This document shows positions 34,992-47,067 of a stretch of DNA of 64,000 bases, piece by piece. Within the stretch, counting starts at the first letter, position 1. Every line of letters starts with the position of its first letter. Source of the DNA: Myxococcales bacterium (GTDB taxonomy: Bacteria > Myxococcota_A > Polyangia > Haliangiales > Haliangiaceae); the NCBI GenBank assembly GCA_016708565.1, contig JADJFN010000001.1, forward strand, positions 540,863 to 604,862, read 5' to 3'. The translations under genes were made by a program, and so were the position numbers. The notes beneath the pieces were generated by a model. The model made no database searches. It worked only from the letters and a program-made list of their open reading frames with translations, and was not told where the DNA came from.

Positions 34992-36793
34992 CGGGAGGCT
35001 CCTTGGGACGACAGGCTCTTGATGCGCAGCGCGAGGATCGGCGACGGCACGCTGGGATCGACGCGCACGTCGATGACGACCGGGCCCGGCGTCGCCAGCG
35101 CGGTGGCCAGCGCCGCGGCCAGCTCGGCCTCGGTGTCGACGGTGAGGCCGACCGCGCCCTGGCTGCGCGCGAACGCGGCAAAGTCGGTGCGCGGCAGCTG
35201 GGTCTCGACCGGCGTCATGCCCAGCGCGCCCATGCCGTGCTGGTTCAGGCCGAGCTGCGCGTCGTTGAGCACCAGCCACACCACGTCGGCGCGGTACGCG
35301 ACCGCGGTGTTGATCTCGTTGTTCATCAGCATCGCGCCGTCGCCGACCACCGCCACCGCGCGCCGGCCGCTGGCCAGCGCCGCGCCGACGCCGCCGGTGG
35401 TGAAGTGGCCCATCGAGCCCCACGCCGCGCTGGTGCGGTAGCGATCGGGCGCGTCGAAGCGCAGCGCGTAGTTGCACCACGTGAACGAGTTGCCGGCCTC
35501 GCTCATGACGATCGCGTCGGTGGCGTCGACGACCTGGGTCTGCACGGCCTGCATCACGTACGCCGGCCGCACGTCGCCGGCCCGGGGCGCCAGCGGGGCG
35601 GGGCGGCCCAGGCTCGGCACCGCCATCGCGCGCCGCGTGGCGTACCAGCCGGTGGCGCGGGCCCGGGCGTCGAGCGCGGCCAGGAACATGCGGCAGTCGG
35701 CGACCACGCCGAGGCCGGGCACGCCCGGGAACGCCGCCGCGAACGCGCGCGGGTCGACGTCGACGTGGATCCACCCGGCGGCCGGCGTGGCGGTGGGCGC
35801 GAGGAACGAGGTCACCTCGCCCAAGCGAGTGCCCAGGACCAGCAACGTATCGGGCCGGGCGGTGGCAAACATCGCCATCACCGAGGCGTGGCCGCCGGCG
35901 CCGGAGACGCCGACGAACTGCGGGTGCGACTCGGGGAACACGCCCTTGGCCCGCGGCGACGCGATCACCGGCAGCCGCGCGGCCTCGGCGAACGCGCGCA
36001 GCTCGGCGGCGGCGTGGCGGCAGCCGTGGCCGATCCAGATCGCCGCGCGGCCGGTGGCCAGGCGGTCGAGGGTCGCGTCGAGCGCCTCGAGGGGCGGCGC
36101 CGGCGCCGCCACCGACCACGCGGCGGCCCGCGGCGCGGCGGCGGGATCGCACAGCTCGGCCTGCAGCGACCACGGCAGCGCCAGGTGCGCGACGCAGCCG
36201 CCAGGGCTGGCCCAGCCCAGCGCGAGCTGCTGCAAGAAGTGCCCGAGCTCGGCGATCGACTCGGGCTGCGCCGCGAGGTGGAACAGCGGGCCGGCGGTGG
36301 TGAGGCCGGCGGGCGCGCTGGCCGGGCCGGTCTCCTGCACCGCGCCGCGCCCGAGCTGGGCCCGCGACGTGGCGCCCGAGATCAGCAGCAGCTTGGCGCC
36401 GTCGGCCCGCGCCGCCATCGCGCCGTTGAGGGCGTTCCACAGGCCGGGGCCGGTGGTGGTGACGACCAGCGTCGGGCGGCCGGTGGCGAAGTGGGCCTCG
36501 ACGGCGGCGAACGCGGCGCCGGCCTCGTGGCGGGTGTGGAACAGCCGGATCGGGCTCTTGCGCAGGCCGTCGGCGAACGCCGCGATGCCGCCGCCCAGCA
36601 CGCCGAAGCCGTGGCGCACGCCGAGCGCGGCCAGCTCGCGGGCGATCAGCGCCGAGGCGGTGAACGCGGTGGCGTCGGACCAGCGGGCCTTGCCGCCCCA
36701 CCCGACGACGTCGCCCTCGGACGGCGCGGGGGCGGCGGGCAGCGGGACGGTCGCGGCGGGCTGGTACGGATGGGCGGGGGTGTCCTTGGACAT
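34988..36793 (-). CDS. Thiamine-pyrophosphate-dependent enzyme (acetolactate-synthase / benzoylformate-decarboxylase superfamily)
   Basis: Three-domain TPP architecture. C-terminal TPP-binding motif GDGAMLMNNEINTAV. Confidence 0.75.
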   Translation of the reverse strand: MSKDTPAHPYQPAATVPLPAAPAPSEGDVVGWGGKARWSDATAFTASALIARELAALGVRHGFGVLGGGIAAFADGLRKSPIRLFHTRHEAGAAFAAVEAHFATGRPTLVVTTTGPGLWNALNGAMAARADGAKLLLISGATSRAQLGRGAVQETGPASAPAGLTTAGPLFHLAAQPESIAELGHFLQQLALGWASPGGCVAHLALPWSLQAELCDPAAAPRAAAWSVAAPAPPLEALDATLDRLATGRAAIWIGHGCRHAAAELRAFAEAARLPVIASPRAKGVFPESHPQFVGVSGAGGHASVMAMFATARPDTLLVLGTRLGEVTSFLAPTATPAAGWIHVDVDPRAFAAAFPGVPGLGVVADCRMFLAALDARARATGWYATRRAMAVPSLGRPAPLAPRAGDVRPAYVMQAVQTQVVDATDAIVMSEAGNSFTWCNYALRFDAPDRYRTSAAWGSMGHFTTGGVGAALASGRRAVAVVGDGAMLMNNEINTAVAYRADVVWLVLNDAQLGLNQHGMGALGMTPVETQLPRTDFAAFARSQGAVGLTVDTEAELAAALATALATPGPVVIDVRVDPSVPSPILALRIKSLSSQGASR

Positions 36794-36868
36794 CTCCACC
36801 CCCACAGCGCGCGCCGCGGCGTTTGTTCCGGAGGATTCGGCGGCGGCTCACCCCGCGGCGGCGGCCGA

Positions 36869-38545
<1,677 letters not shown>

Positions 38546-38644
38546 GCGCGGCGCCGACTATACGGCACGATACCGAATTGTCCCGTCGTGAAGGTCGTCG
38601 TCTCGCGACCGGCCCAACGTCGACGGCGCGCGTATACTCGACCC

Positions 38645-39745
38645 GTGCCTCGGTTCCGCGCGCTGGTGCTGCACCCCGATCGCGCCGCGATCGGCGAGCT
38701 CACCGAGCTCCTGGCGCACCTCGACCTCGCGGTCGAGGCCACCGGCTCGGCGACCGACGCCGCGCGCCGGCTGCGCCAGCACGCGCCGCACGCGATCCTG
38801 GCCGGGCACGATCCGCCGGGGCTCGACGGCATCGGCTTCCTCGACGCCAGCGTCGCCGCCGCGCCCGACGCGCTGCGGGTGCTGCTGGTCGAGGCGCCCG
38901 GCGTCGGCGCCGAGCTCGAGCACCGCGCGCCGACCGCGCCGGCGATCGTCCGCTTCATCGCCCGCGCCGGCCAGCGCTCGCACCTGACCGCGCTGATCGG
39001 CGAGGCGATCAAGCTGCTCGGCCTGGTCGAGGAGCAGCGCTCGCTGGTGGCCCGGCTGGCCGGCGAGCACGAGCGGCTCAAGCGCCGCGGCACGCTGCTC
39101 GACGTCGTCGTCAAGGAGCGCACCAAGGAGCTCGAGGACAGCTACCTGCGGCTCAAGGAGGCGCACCGGCAGGCGCTGTTCGGGCTGGCCGAGGCGATCG
39201 AGGCCAAGGACCCCTACACCAAGGGCCACTGCGGCCGGGTCGCGGCGTACGCCTTGGTGTTGGCCAAGGAGGCCGGCTACCCGGCCGAGGGCCTCGAGAC
39301 GCTGGAGTTCGGCGCGTTCCTCCACGACATCGGCAAGATCGGCATCCGCGACGCGGTGCTGCTCAAGCCGGGGCCGCTCGACGACGTCGAGTGGTCGCAC
39401 ATGCGCGAGCACCCGGTGAAGGGCTACGAGATCGCGCGCCGGATCGAGATCCTGCACCCGATCATGGCCGCGGTGCGCAACCACCACGAGCGCTGGGACG
39501 GCACCGGCTACCCCGATCGGATGAAGGGCGCCGACATCCCGCTGGCCGCGCGCATCGTCGCGATCGCCGACGCCTACGACGCGATGTCGACCGATCGCCC
39601 GTACAAGGCCGGCCTGCCGCTGGCCGAGTGCGAGCGGCTGCTGCGCAAGTGCGCCGGGACGATGTACGACCCCGAGCTGATCGAGCTGTTCGTGACCCGC
39701 CGGATCGGCGCGATCTACGAAGACGAGCTGGCCGCCGGCGAGTGA
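38645..39745 (+). CDS. Response-regulator receiver fused to an HD-GYP phosphohydrolase domain (c-di-GMP phosphodiesterase family)
   Basis: HD motifs HCGRVAAYA, FLHDIGKIGI and HHERWDGTGYP (the GYP signature). GTG start near 38645. Confidence 0.8.
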   Translation: MPRFRALVLHPDRAAIGELTELLAHLDLAVEATGSATDAARRLRQHAPHAILAGHDPPGLDGIGFLDASVAAAPDALRVLLVEAPGVGAELEHRAPTAPAIVRFIARAGQRSHLTALIGEAIKLLGLVEEQRSLVARLAGEHERLKRRGTLLDVVVKERTKELEDSYLRLKEAHRQALFGLAEAIEAKDPYTKGHCGRVAAYALVLAKEAGYPAEGLETLEFGAFLHDIGKIGIRDAVLLKPGPLDDVEWSHMREHPVKGYEIARRIEILHPIMAAVRNHHERWDGTGYPDRMKGADIPLAARIVAIADAYDAMSTDRPYKAGLPLAECERLLRKCAGTMYDPELIELFVTRRIGAIYEDELAAGE

Positions 39746-39758
39746 CCGGCGCGCGCGG

Positions 39759-42700
39759 TCACGTCGGCGGCTTGGGATCGTCGAGCGCGGTGAGCGCGAT
39801 CGCCAGCGCCTTCTTGGCCCGCAGCACGGTGGCCTCGTCGGTCTTGATCCGCTGGTAGGCCTTGAGCACCTGCTCCTGGTAGGTGGCGTTTTCGCGCTCG
39901 ACCTCGTCGAGCTGCGCCGCCTGCTCGGCCAGGCGTTGATCGCGCGCGGCGATCGCGGCCTGGTGCTCGGTGAGCGCGACGTCGCGCGCGGCGATCGCGG
40001 CCCGGGCCGCGGCCAGCTCGTCGTCGGTGCGCTTGAGCTGGGCCCGGGCCGAGGTCAGGCCGCGCTCGAGCTCGCCGCGTTCGCGGTCCAGCTCGTCCTT
40101 GGCGGCGCCGGCGGCGGCCAGCTCGCCGCGGGTGGCGGCCAGCTCGCCGCGCACGCGCTCGAGCTCGCCGCGCAGCGTGGCCAGCTCGCCGGCGAGCTGA
40201 TCGCGGGTGGCCGCGGCCGACGCCAGCTCGGCGGCGACCGCGTCGCGGCCGGCCTGGACCTCGGCCAGCGCCGCGGCGTGGCGGCGCGCGTCGTCGTCGC
40301 GCTCGCCGGCCAGCCGGGCCTCGAGCGCCTGCTGCTCGCCGACCAGCCGGGCCTCGAGCGCCCGCAGCGCGGCGGCCTGGGCGGCGACGGCCTCGGCGCG
40401 CGCCGCGGCCAGCTGCTCGTCGTGGCCCTCGCGCTGCGCGGTCAGCGCCTGGGCGTGCTCGTCGCGCTGCGCGGTCAGCGCCTGGGCGTGCTCGCCGCGC
40501 AGCCCGGCCAGCGCCTGCTCGTGCTCGCCGCGCAGCCGCGCGACGTGATCGCCGCGCACCGACTCGGCCTCGGCGCGGACCTCCTCGAGGGCGGCCTGGT
40601 GGTCGGCGGCCAGCTTGGCCACCGCCTGCTCGTGCAGCGCGCGGACGTCGTCGAGCTCGGCGCGCGCCTGCTCGGCCCGAGCGGCCACCGCGCGGCGGCC
40701 CTCGGCCTCGGCGGCGGCCACCGCCTCGGAGCGCTCGCGCGCGACCTCGGCCAGCGCCGCGTGGTGGCGCTCGCCGGCGGCCTGCAGCGCGTCCTCGTGC
40801 TGGGCCAGCGCCGCCGACAGCTCGGCGGCGCGCTCGCCGGCCAGCTGGGCCAGCGCGGCGTCGTGGCTGGTGCGCAGCTCGGCCAGCGCGGTCTCGGCGC
40901 GCTGGCGCTCGGCCGCGACCGCGGCGTCGAGCGCGGCGGCGTGCTCCGCGGCCCGGGCGGTCTGCCGCGCGTCGTGCTCGGCGGCCGCGACCGCGATCGC
41001 GCCGGCGTGCTGGGCGGCGGCCTCGGCCTGCACCGCGAGCAACGCGGCCTCGCGCTCCTGGGCCGCGGCGTGCTGGGCGGCGGCCAGCGCCTGCGCGGCG
41101 TCGGTCTGGGCGGCGGCAAGCGCCTGGGCGGCCTCGGCGCGGGCGGCGGCCAGCGCCTGCTCGGCCTCGGCCTTGGCGCGATCGCGCGCGGCGGCGTGCT
41201 CGCGCTCGAGCTTGGTCAGCGCCGCCTGCTGCGTCGACGTGAGGTTGGCGACGGTGGCCTCGGCGTCGCGGCGCGCCGCGGTGGCCTCGGCCAGCTGGGT
41301 GCGCGCGGCCTCGGCGTCGGCCGCGAGCTTGCCCAGCCGCGCCTCGAGCGCGGTGATGCGCTGGCGCGCCTCGAGCGTGGCCTGCTCGGCGGCCTCGACC
41401 CGCTCGCTGTCGCCGAGCAGCCGCGACTCCATCTCGAGGTTCTTGGCGTCGACCGCGGCCTTGGCGTGCTGCAGCTGCCGGGTCTTCTCGCGCGCGTCGA
41501 GCAGCTCGCGCTCCTTGTGCGAGAGCTCGTCGCGCAGCCCCAGCAGCTCCTTGTCCTTGGCCGCGAGGCTCTCGCGCAGGCTCAAGAACTCGCGCTCGCG
41601 GCTGACCGGCTTGGCCACCGGCTCGGCGGACTTGGCCTTCTCGAGCTCGGCGCGCAGCCGCTGGTTGTCGCGCTCGAGCAGGTGCAGCTTCTGCAACGAC
41701 TTGCGATCGTGGAGGCCTGACTGCTCGGCGTCGGCGCGCGCGGCGATCTCGTCGAGGCCGAGGTCGACCGGGCCGGCGGGCTCGGCCGGCGGCGACGACG
41801 TCGTCGCGCCGCCGCGGCGCCGCGGCAGCTCGGCGGCGGCGTGGATCGACGGCAGCGGCGCGGCCACCGGCTCGGGCGGCGGCGCGATCGGCTCGGGGGG
41901 CGGCGCGGGCGGCGCGATCGGCTCGGGGGGCGGCGCGATCGGCTCGGGCGGGCGCGCGGCGATCGGCTCGGGCGCGGCGACCGGCGCAGGGGCCGGCTCG
42001 GGCGTGGCGATCGGCTCGGGCTCGATCGCGACCGGCGGCGGCAAGGTCGGCGGCACCGCGCGCTCGGCGGCCGGCGGCGGCGGCGGCGGTGGCGGCATCG
42101 TCCCGCGTTGCCGCGGCGGCGGCGGCGTGGTGGGGCGCCCCGCGCGGCGGCGGCGGCGGCGGCGGCGCGGCGGCCGGGGGCGCCGGCTCCTCGAGCGGCG
42201 GCAGCTCGATCGCGGCGTCGCTGGCCGGCAACGGCTCGAGGTCGGTGAGGCTGAGCGAGGCGCTGACCGACTCGAAGGTCTCGAGCGACTCGAGCGGCTC
42301 GAGCGGCTCGATCGCCTCGGGGATCACGCCGTCGGCCAGCGGCAGCGGCGCGGGCGCGGCGATCGGCTCGGGGATCGCGGCCTCGACCTCGACCTCGACC
42401 GACGGCTCGACGATCGCCGCCTCCACCACCGGCGCGATCGGCGGCGCCGGCGTCGGCGCCGGCGTGCGCGCGAGCGCGGCCTGGGCGGCCTCGATCGGCA
42501 TCGCGTCGGTCAGCGCCGCGAACGCCGCGTCGGTCTCGGCGTCGATCAGGTCGTCGAAGCCGGTCGACGAGTGCACGGTGTGGGCGCCCTCGTTGAAGTC
42601 GTCGCCGTCGCCGAGATCGAGCGCGGCGCTGTCGACCTCGTCGACCAGCACGTCGTCGTCGATCGACACCTCGTCGACCTCGACCGGGATCGCCAGCTCG

Positions 42701-43092
42701 CCGTCGCTGGTCAGCTCGCCCAGCCCGAACAGGTTGTCGAGCTTGCCGAGCAGCTCGGCGGTCGAGAGCCCGCGCTTGTCGAGGTACTCGTCGGCGTGGA
42801 CCTTGAGCTTGCGGTGCGCCGCGAACGCGTCGATCGCGACGCTGCTGGTGACCAGCACCACCGGCAGGTTGGCGGCCACGCCCTTCTTGGCCTTGTTGAA
42901 CGTCGCGTAGCCCTTCTTGTCGGGTTCGTCGACGGCGATCACCACCGCGACCACGCCGAGCTTGGCGACCTGGGCCAGCGCGTCGGCGGAGGTGTCCTGC
43001 ACGACCTGGAACCCGTAGGGCCCCAGCTCGCGGCTGAGCAAGGCGTGGAACTCGCGGTCCGGATCGACAAGCAGGATCTGGCGCTGGCTCAT
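39759..43092 (-). CDS. AglZ/FrzS-like protein: N-terminal pseudo-receiver, Pro/Ala/Glu-rich linker, ~650-aa coiled coil. Apparent 1-nt frameshift within the Pro-codon repeat near 42095-42160.
   Basis: The N-terminus (...[18 protein letters not shown]) matches the FrzS pseudo-receiver from memory. The N-terminal ORF (frame a) and the coiled-coil ORF (frame b, [13 protein letters not shown]...) overlap with no stop in a CCG/GCC repeat. Confidence 0.7.
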
Positions 43093-43206
43093 GGGGCGAA
43101 GATAAAATTGTATCCGCTCCCACGGGGGCGCGCGCGCCGCGACGCCAATGTTTCCTGAGCCGCGCCCCGGTTCCCGCGGCTGGGCGGGCCGCGCGGCCCG
43201 CGGACG

Positions 43207-43950
43207 CTACCGGCGCGGGTCGTCGGCGCCGATGCGCGCCACCAGCTGGGTGCCGCGCACCAGCACCTTCAGCGCGTCGGTCCCCAGGAGCGGCGACGAC
43301 AGGCGGATCGCCCGGGCGCCGTCGCGCACGATCACCAGGTCGGGCAGGGTCCAGGTCTCCCAGCCGCCGAGCACCACCCGGCTGCTGGGGTCGAGCTCGA
43401 GCCGCGCGGCGTCGTGCACCGTCGCGTAGACCGGGTAGCGGGCGCCGTCGGGCGCGACCGCCCAATAGGTCAGGTTGGCGACGTCGGCGCCGAGCAGCTC
43501 GGTGCCGGTGCGCTGCAGCACCACGTCGTGGACCGCGGCGCCGTCGCGGAACGTGACGCGGGCGGTGGGTAGCGGCGCCCGCTCGACGGCGGCGGCCGGC
43601 CTGGCGGTCGGGCGCGCCGGGCCGTCGCCGACCACGACGAACACCACCAGCGCGGCGGCGGCGGCGACGGCGGCGACGCCGGGCAGCGCCAGCGCGCGCC
43701 ACGACGGGCGGGCCTCGCGATCGACCGCGTCGAGCGAGCGGCCCAGGCGCTGGCGCAGCAGGTCCGGCGCGCGGGGCGGCGCGAGGCGCTGGCGCAGCTC
43801 GCCGAGGAAGCCGCGGTCGCGCTCGACGTGGGCCCGGCAGGCGTCGCAGTCGATCAGGTGCAGCTCGACGTCGCGCAGCTCCTGGTCGGCCAGCTCGCCG
43901 TCGCACAGCATCAGGGACAGCGTGTCGATGTCGTCGCAGAGCTTGAGCAT
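43207..43950 (-). CDS. Anti-sigma factor, ZAS-type (HxxxCxxC zinc motif) with a transmembrane segment
   Basis: LHLIDCDAC motif. The downstream hydrophobic stretch ALALPGVAAVAAAAALVVFVVV. Start ATG 3 nt after the sigma-factor stop. Confidence 0.7.
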   Translation of the reverse strand: MLKLCDDIDTLSLMLCDGELADQELRDVELHLIDCDACRAHVERDRGFLGELRQRLAPPRAPDLLRQRLGRSLDAVDREARPSWRALALPGVAAVAAAAALVVFVVVGDGPARPTARPAAAVERAPLPTARVTFRDGAAVHDVVLQRTGTELLGADVANLTYWAVAPDGARYPVYATVHDAARLELDPSSRVVLGGWETWTLPDLVIVRDGARAIRLSSPLLGTDALKVLVRGTQLVARIGADDPRR

Positions 43951-43952
43951 GG

Positions 43953-44597
43953 TCACGACTTCTTGCGGCGGTAGGCGGCCAGGTCGATCGGCGCCGCGGC
44001 CTCGGTTGCGGGGGGAGCGGCCTCGTCCTTGACGTAGCCCTCGGCGACGGCGAACGACCGCAGCTGGGCTTCGAGCAGGCGACGGCCACGGAACAGGCGG
44101 CTCATGACGGTGCCGACGGGACAGTCCATCGCGTCGGCGATCTCCTTGTACGACAGGCCCTCGACGTCGCACAGCACCACCGCCATGCGGAAGTCGGCCG
44201 GGAGCGCCTCGAGCGCGCGCTGCACGTCGTCGGAGACCGAGCGCTCGATCAGCGCCTTCTCCGGGCTCTGCTGGCTCGGCCGCAGCTCGTGGTGCAGCAC
44301 GCCGTCGACCGCGTCTTGCTCGGCGGTGGCGGCGTCGAGCACCTCGCGCTGGCGGCGCTTGCGCTGGTACTCGTTGATGAAGGTGTTGGTCAGGATCTTC
44401 AGCAGCCACGCCTTGCAGTTGGAGTTCTGCTCGAACGTGTCCCAGAAGCGGTAGGCGCGCAGCAGCGCCTCCTGGACCAGGTCCTCGGCGTCCCGCGGGT
44501 TGCGGGCCAGCCGGAACGCGGCGCCGTACATGGCATCGAGGTGGGGCAGGGCCACCGCCTCGAACTCGGCTCGGCGCGCGGGTTTCTTCGCCAGCAT
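43953..44597 (-). CDS. ECF (sigma-24 family) RNA polymerase sigma factor
   Basis: Region 2 ([20 protein letters not shown]) and region 4 ([25 protein letters not shown]) signatures. Confidence 0.85.
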   Translation of the reverse strand: MLAKKPARRAEFEAVALPHLDAMYGAAFRLARNPRDAEDLVQEALLRAYRFWDTFEQNSNCKAWLLKILTNTFINEYQRKRRQREVLDAATAEQDAVDGVLHHELRPSQQSPEKALIERSVSDDVQRALEALPADFRMAVVLCDVEGLSYKEIADAMDCPVGTVMSRLFRGRRLLEAQLRSFAVAEGYVKDEAAPPATEAAAPIDLAAYRRKKS

Positions 44598-45064
44598 GGG
44601 GAACGCTGCCTACTCTACCGGTCGGCCGCCCGGCCGCATTCCCGGCCGCGCGCAAACGCGCGGGCCCGGGTCGGGCCGAAGATCGCCCTGGCACCCCCGG
44701 CGCCGCGGGGTAGACTGGCGCCATGGCGGCTTCGCTCCAGGTTGCTCCGTGGTTCCAGCCCGCGCGGCGCACGATCGTCGCGCTGGCGCTGGTCGGCACC
44801 GTCGCCGCGGGCGCGTTCGCGCTGCTCCGGCCCACCCCGCACCAGGCCCGCTCCGAGCGGACCTCGCACTGCCAGAAGGGCCGGCACCACGGCTGGCACC
44901 GGTCGCCGCCGCCGCCGCGGCACCACGACGACGACGAGGACTGCGCCGCCGCGCTGGCCGCCCACGCGGCCGCCCGCCGGGCCTCGCCCGATCACGTCGC
45001 GCCGGGTGGCCCGCGCGATCAGGCGCTCGGTGCCTGCGCCGCCCGCCACCCGCACCGCTACTAG

Positions 45065-46171
45065 CTACGCCTTGTAGGGCGTGTGGGCCACGCCGAGCGC
45101 CTCGGCGACGGCCTTGTGCGGGACGGTGCCGCGGAAGGTGTTGAGGCCGCTCTCGAAGACGTGGTCCTCCTTGATCGCGCCCTCGAGGCCGCGGTCGGCC
45201 AGCTTGACCGCGTAGCGCATCGTCGCGTTGGTCAGCGCGTAGGTCGACGTGCGCGGCACGGCGCCCGGCATGTTGGCCACGCCGTAGTGGATGACGTCGT
45301 GGACCACGTAGGTCGGCTTGTCGTGGTAGGTGACGCGCGCGGTCTCGACGCAGCCGCCCTGATCGATCGACACGTCGACGATCACCGAGCCGGGCTCCAT
45401 CGCCTTGACGTGGGCCTCGGTCACCAGCCGCGGCGCGCGGGCGCCGGGCAAGAGCACCGCGCCGATCACCAGGTCGCTCTCGAGCACCGCGCGCTCGATC
45501 GCCATCGGATCGGAGTACTGGGTCGACACGCGGCCCATGTAGATGTCGTCGAGGTACGCCAGCGTCTTGAGGTTGACGTCGAGCACCGTGACGTTGGCGC
45601 CCAGGCCGACCGCGATCTTCGCCGCGTTCGAGCCGACGACGCCGGCGCCGATGATCGTGACGCGGCCGCGGCGCACGCCGGGCACGCCGCCGAGCAGCAC
45701 GCCCTTGCCGCCGCGCTCGCGCTCGAGGTAGGTCGCGCCGGCCTGGACCGCCATGCGGCCGGCCACCGCGCTCATCGGGGTCAGCAGCGGCAGATCGCCG
45801 GGGGTCGGCTCGATGGTCTCGTACGCGACGCCGTCGACGCCGCGCTTGAGCATCTCGTGGCCCAGCTCCTGGGCCGCGGCGAGGTGCAGGTACGTGAAGA
45901 GGATCTGGCCCTTCCGCATCAGCGGATACTCGGGCGCGATCGGCTCCTTCACCTTCACCACCATGTCGGCCTCGCCCCACACCTCGTCGCGGGTGGCGAC
46001 GATGCGCGCGCCCGCCTTGATGTAGTGATCGTCGGGGATGCTCGAGCCGAGGCCCGCTCCCTGCTCGACGAGGACGGTGTGACCACGGCCGGTGAGGATG
46101 GCCACGCCAGCCGGGGTCATGCCGACGCGGAACTCTTGGGTCTTGATTTCCTTGGGGACGCCGATACGCAT
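45065..46171 (-). CDS. ald: Alanine dehydrogenase
   Basis: [11 protein letters not shown]-terminus and the NAD-binding GAGVVG motif. The six-frame ORF has a 15-aa spurious N-terminal extension. Confidence 0.9.
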   Translation of the reverse strand: MRIGVPKEIKTQEFRVGMTPAGVAILTGRGHTVLVEQGAGLGSSIPDDHYIKAGARIVATRDEVWGEADMVVKVKEPIAPEYPLMRKGQILFTYLHLAAAQELGHEMLKRGVDGVAYETIEPTPGDLPLLTPMSAVAGRMAVQAGATYLERERGGKGVLLGGVPGVRRGRVTIIGAGVVGSNAAKIAVGLGANVTVLDVNLKTLAYLDDIYMGRVSTQYSDPMAIERAVLESDLVIGAVLLPGARAPRLVTEAHVKAMEPGSVIVDVSIDQGGCVETARVTYHDKPTYVVHDVIHYGVANMPGAVPRTSTYALTNATMRYAVKLADRGLEGAIKEDHVFESGLNTFRGTVPHKAVAEALGVAHTPYKA

Positions 46172-46313
46172 GTGGCGCGCACTATCGAACCGCCGCCGCG
46201 GTGGAGTCAATGCCATCGCTCGACGGCGCGCAGCGCGATCGCGTGATCCGTCGCGCTGCGATGCGTCATGGCGGCGCCGGGCGCGGCACGTGGTCGCGGG
46301 GACGATCGAGGCG

Positions 46314-46946
46314 TCAGTACCAGCTGCGGACGCCGAGCAGGTAGCGCAGCGCGCCGACCGGCTCGGTCTCGACGCCGAGCGTCGCCGACCAGATGCGGGG
46401 ATCGTCGACGGCCTGGGTCGCGGTGGCGACGACGCGCACGCCGATCATGTAGCGGGTGGCGCCGTGGCGCGGGCGCATCAGATCCCACGGCGCCTGGTAG
46501 CCGTAGGCGATCGCGGCGGTGGCCAGGTCGCGGTTGCCGCCGGCGCGCAGCGCGAGCACGCCGCGCCCCTCGTACCAGAACATGTCGAGCTTGCGCGGCA
46601 GGCCGGTGATCTGCAGCTCGCCGCCGATCATCGCGTCGCTCGACGTGCGCAGCTCGACCCACGGCCCCAGCCGCAGGTCGCCGTCGGCGCCGATGTCGAC
46701 GGTCGCGTCGGCGCCCAGCGCCACCTCCCAGCCGTGGTCGCGATCGGCGCCGGGAGCGACCGGGCCGACCACCCGCGCGGCGGCGCTGGTCGGCGCCGGG
46801 GCCGAGCCGTAGGCGACCCGCAGCCACGACGACCACTCGAGGCGGGCGCGGCGCGGCGTCGCCGGCTCCTCCGGCGGCGGCGGCGGGTGGGCGAGGGCGG
46901 TGGCGGTCGAGGCGAGGACAGCGAGGAGGGCGAGGCGCGCGCGCAT
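46314..46946 (-). CDS. Hypothetical exported (outer-membrane-like) protein
   Basis: Signal peptide [19 protein letters not shown]. Alternating beta-strand-like pattern. Ends in an aromatic residue (SWY). Confidence 0.45.
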   Translation of the reverse strand: MRARLALLAVLASTATALAHPPPPPEEPATPRRARLEWSSWLRVAYGSAPAPTSAAARVVGPVAPGADRDHGWEVALGADATVDIGADGDLRLGPWVELRTSSDAMIGGELQITGLPRKLDMFWYEGRGVLALRAGGNRDLATAAIAYGYQAPWDLMRPRHGATRYMIGVRVVATATQAVDDPRIWSATLGVETEPVGALRYLLGVRSWY

Positions 46947-47067
46947 GGGGGCAGGGGTGAAACGCGCCATCGCGCGGATCGACCCAATCGAGCGGCGATC
47001 GCCGGGGTCGCGGTGCGCGGGCGCACACCCGCCGCGGGGCGGGCCCCGGCGGTATGCTGCCCGGCTG

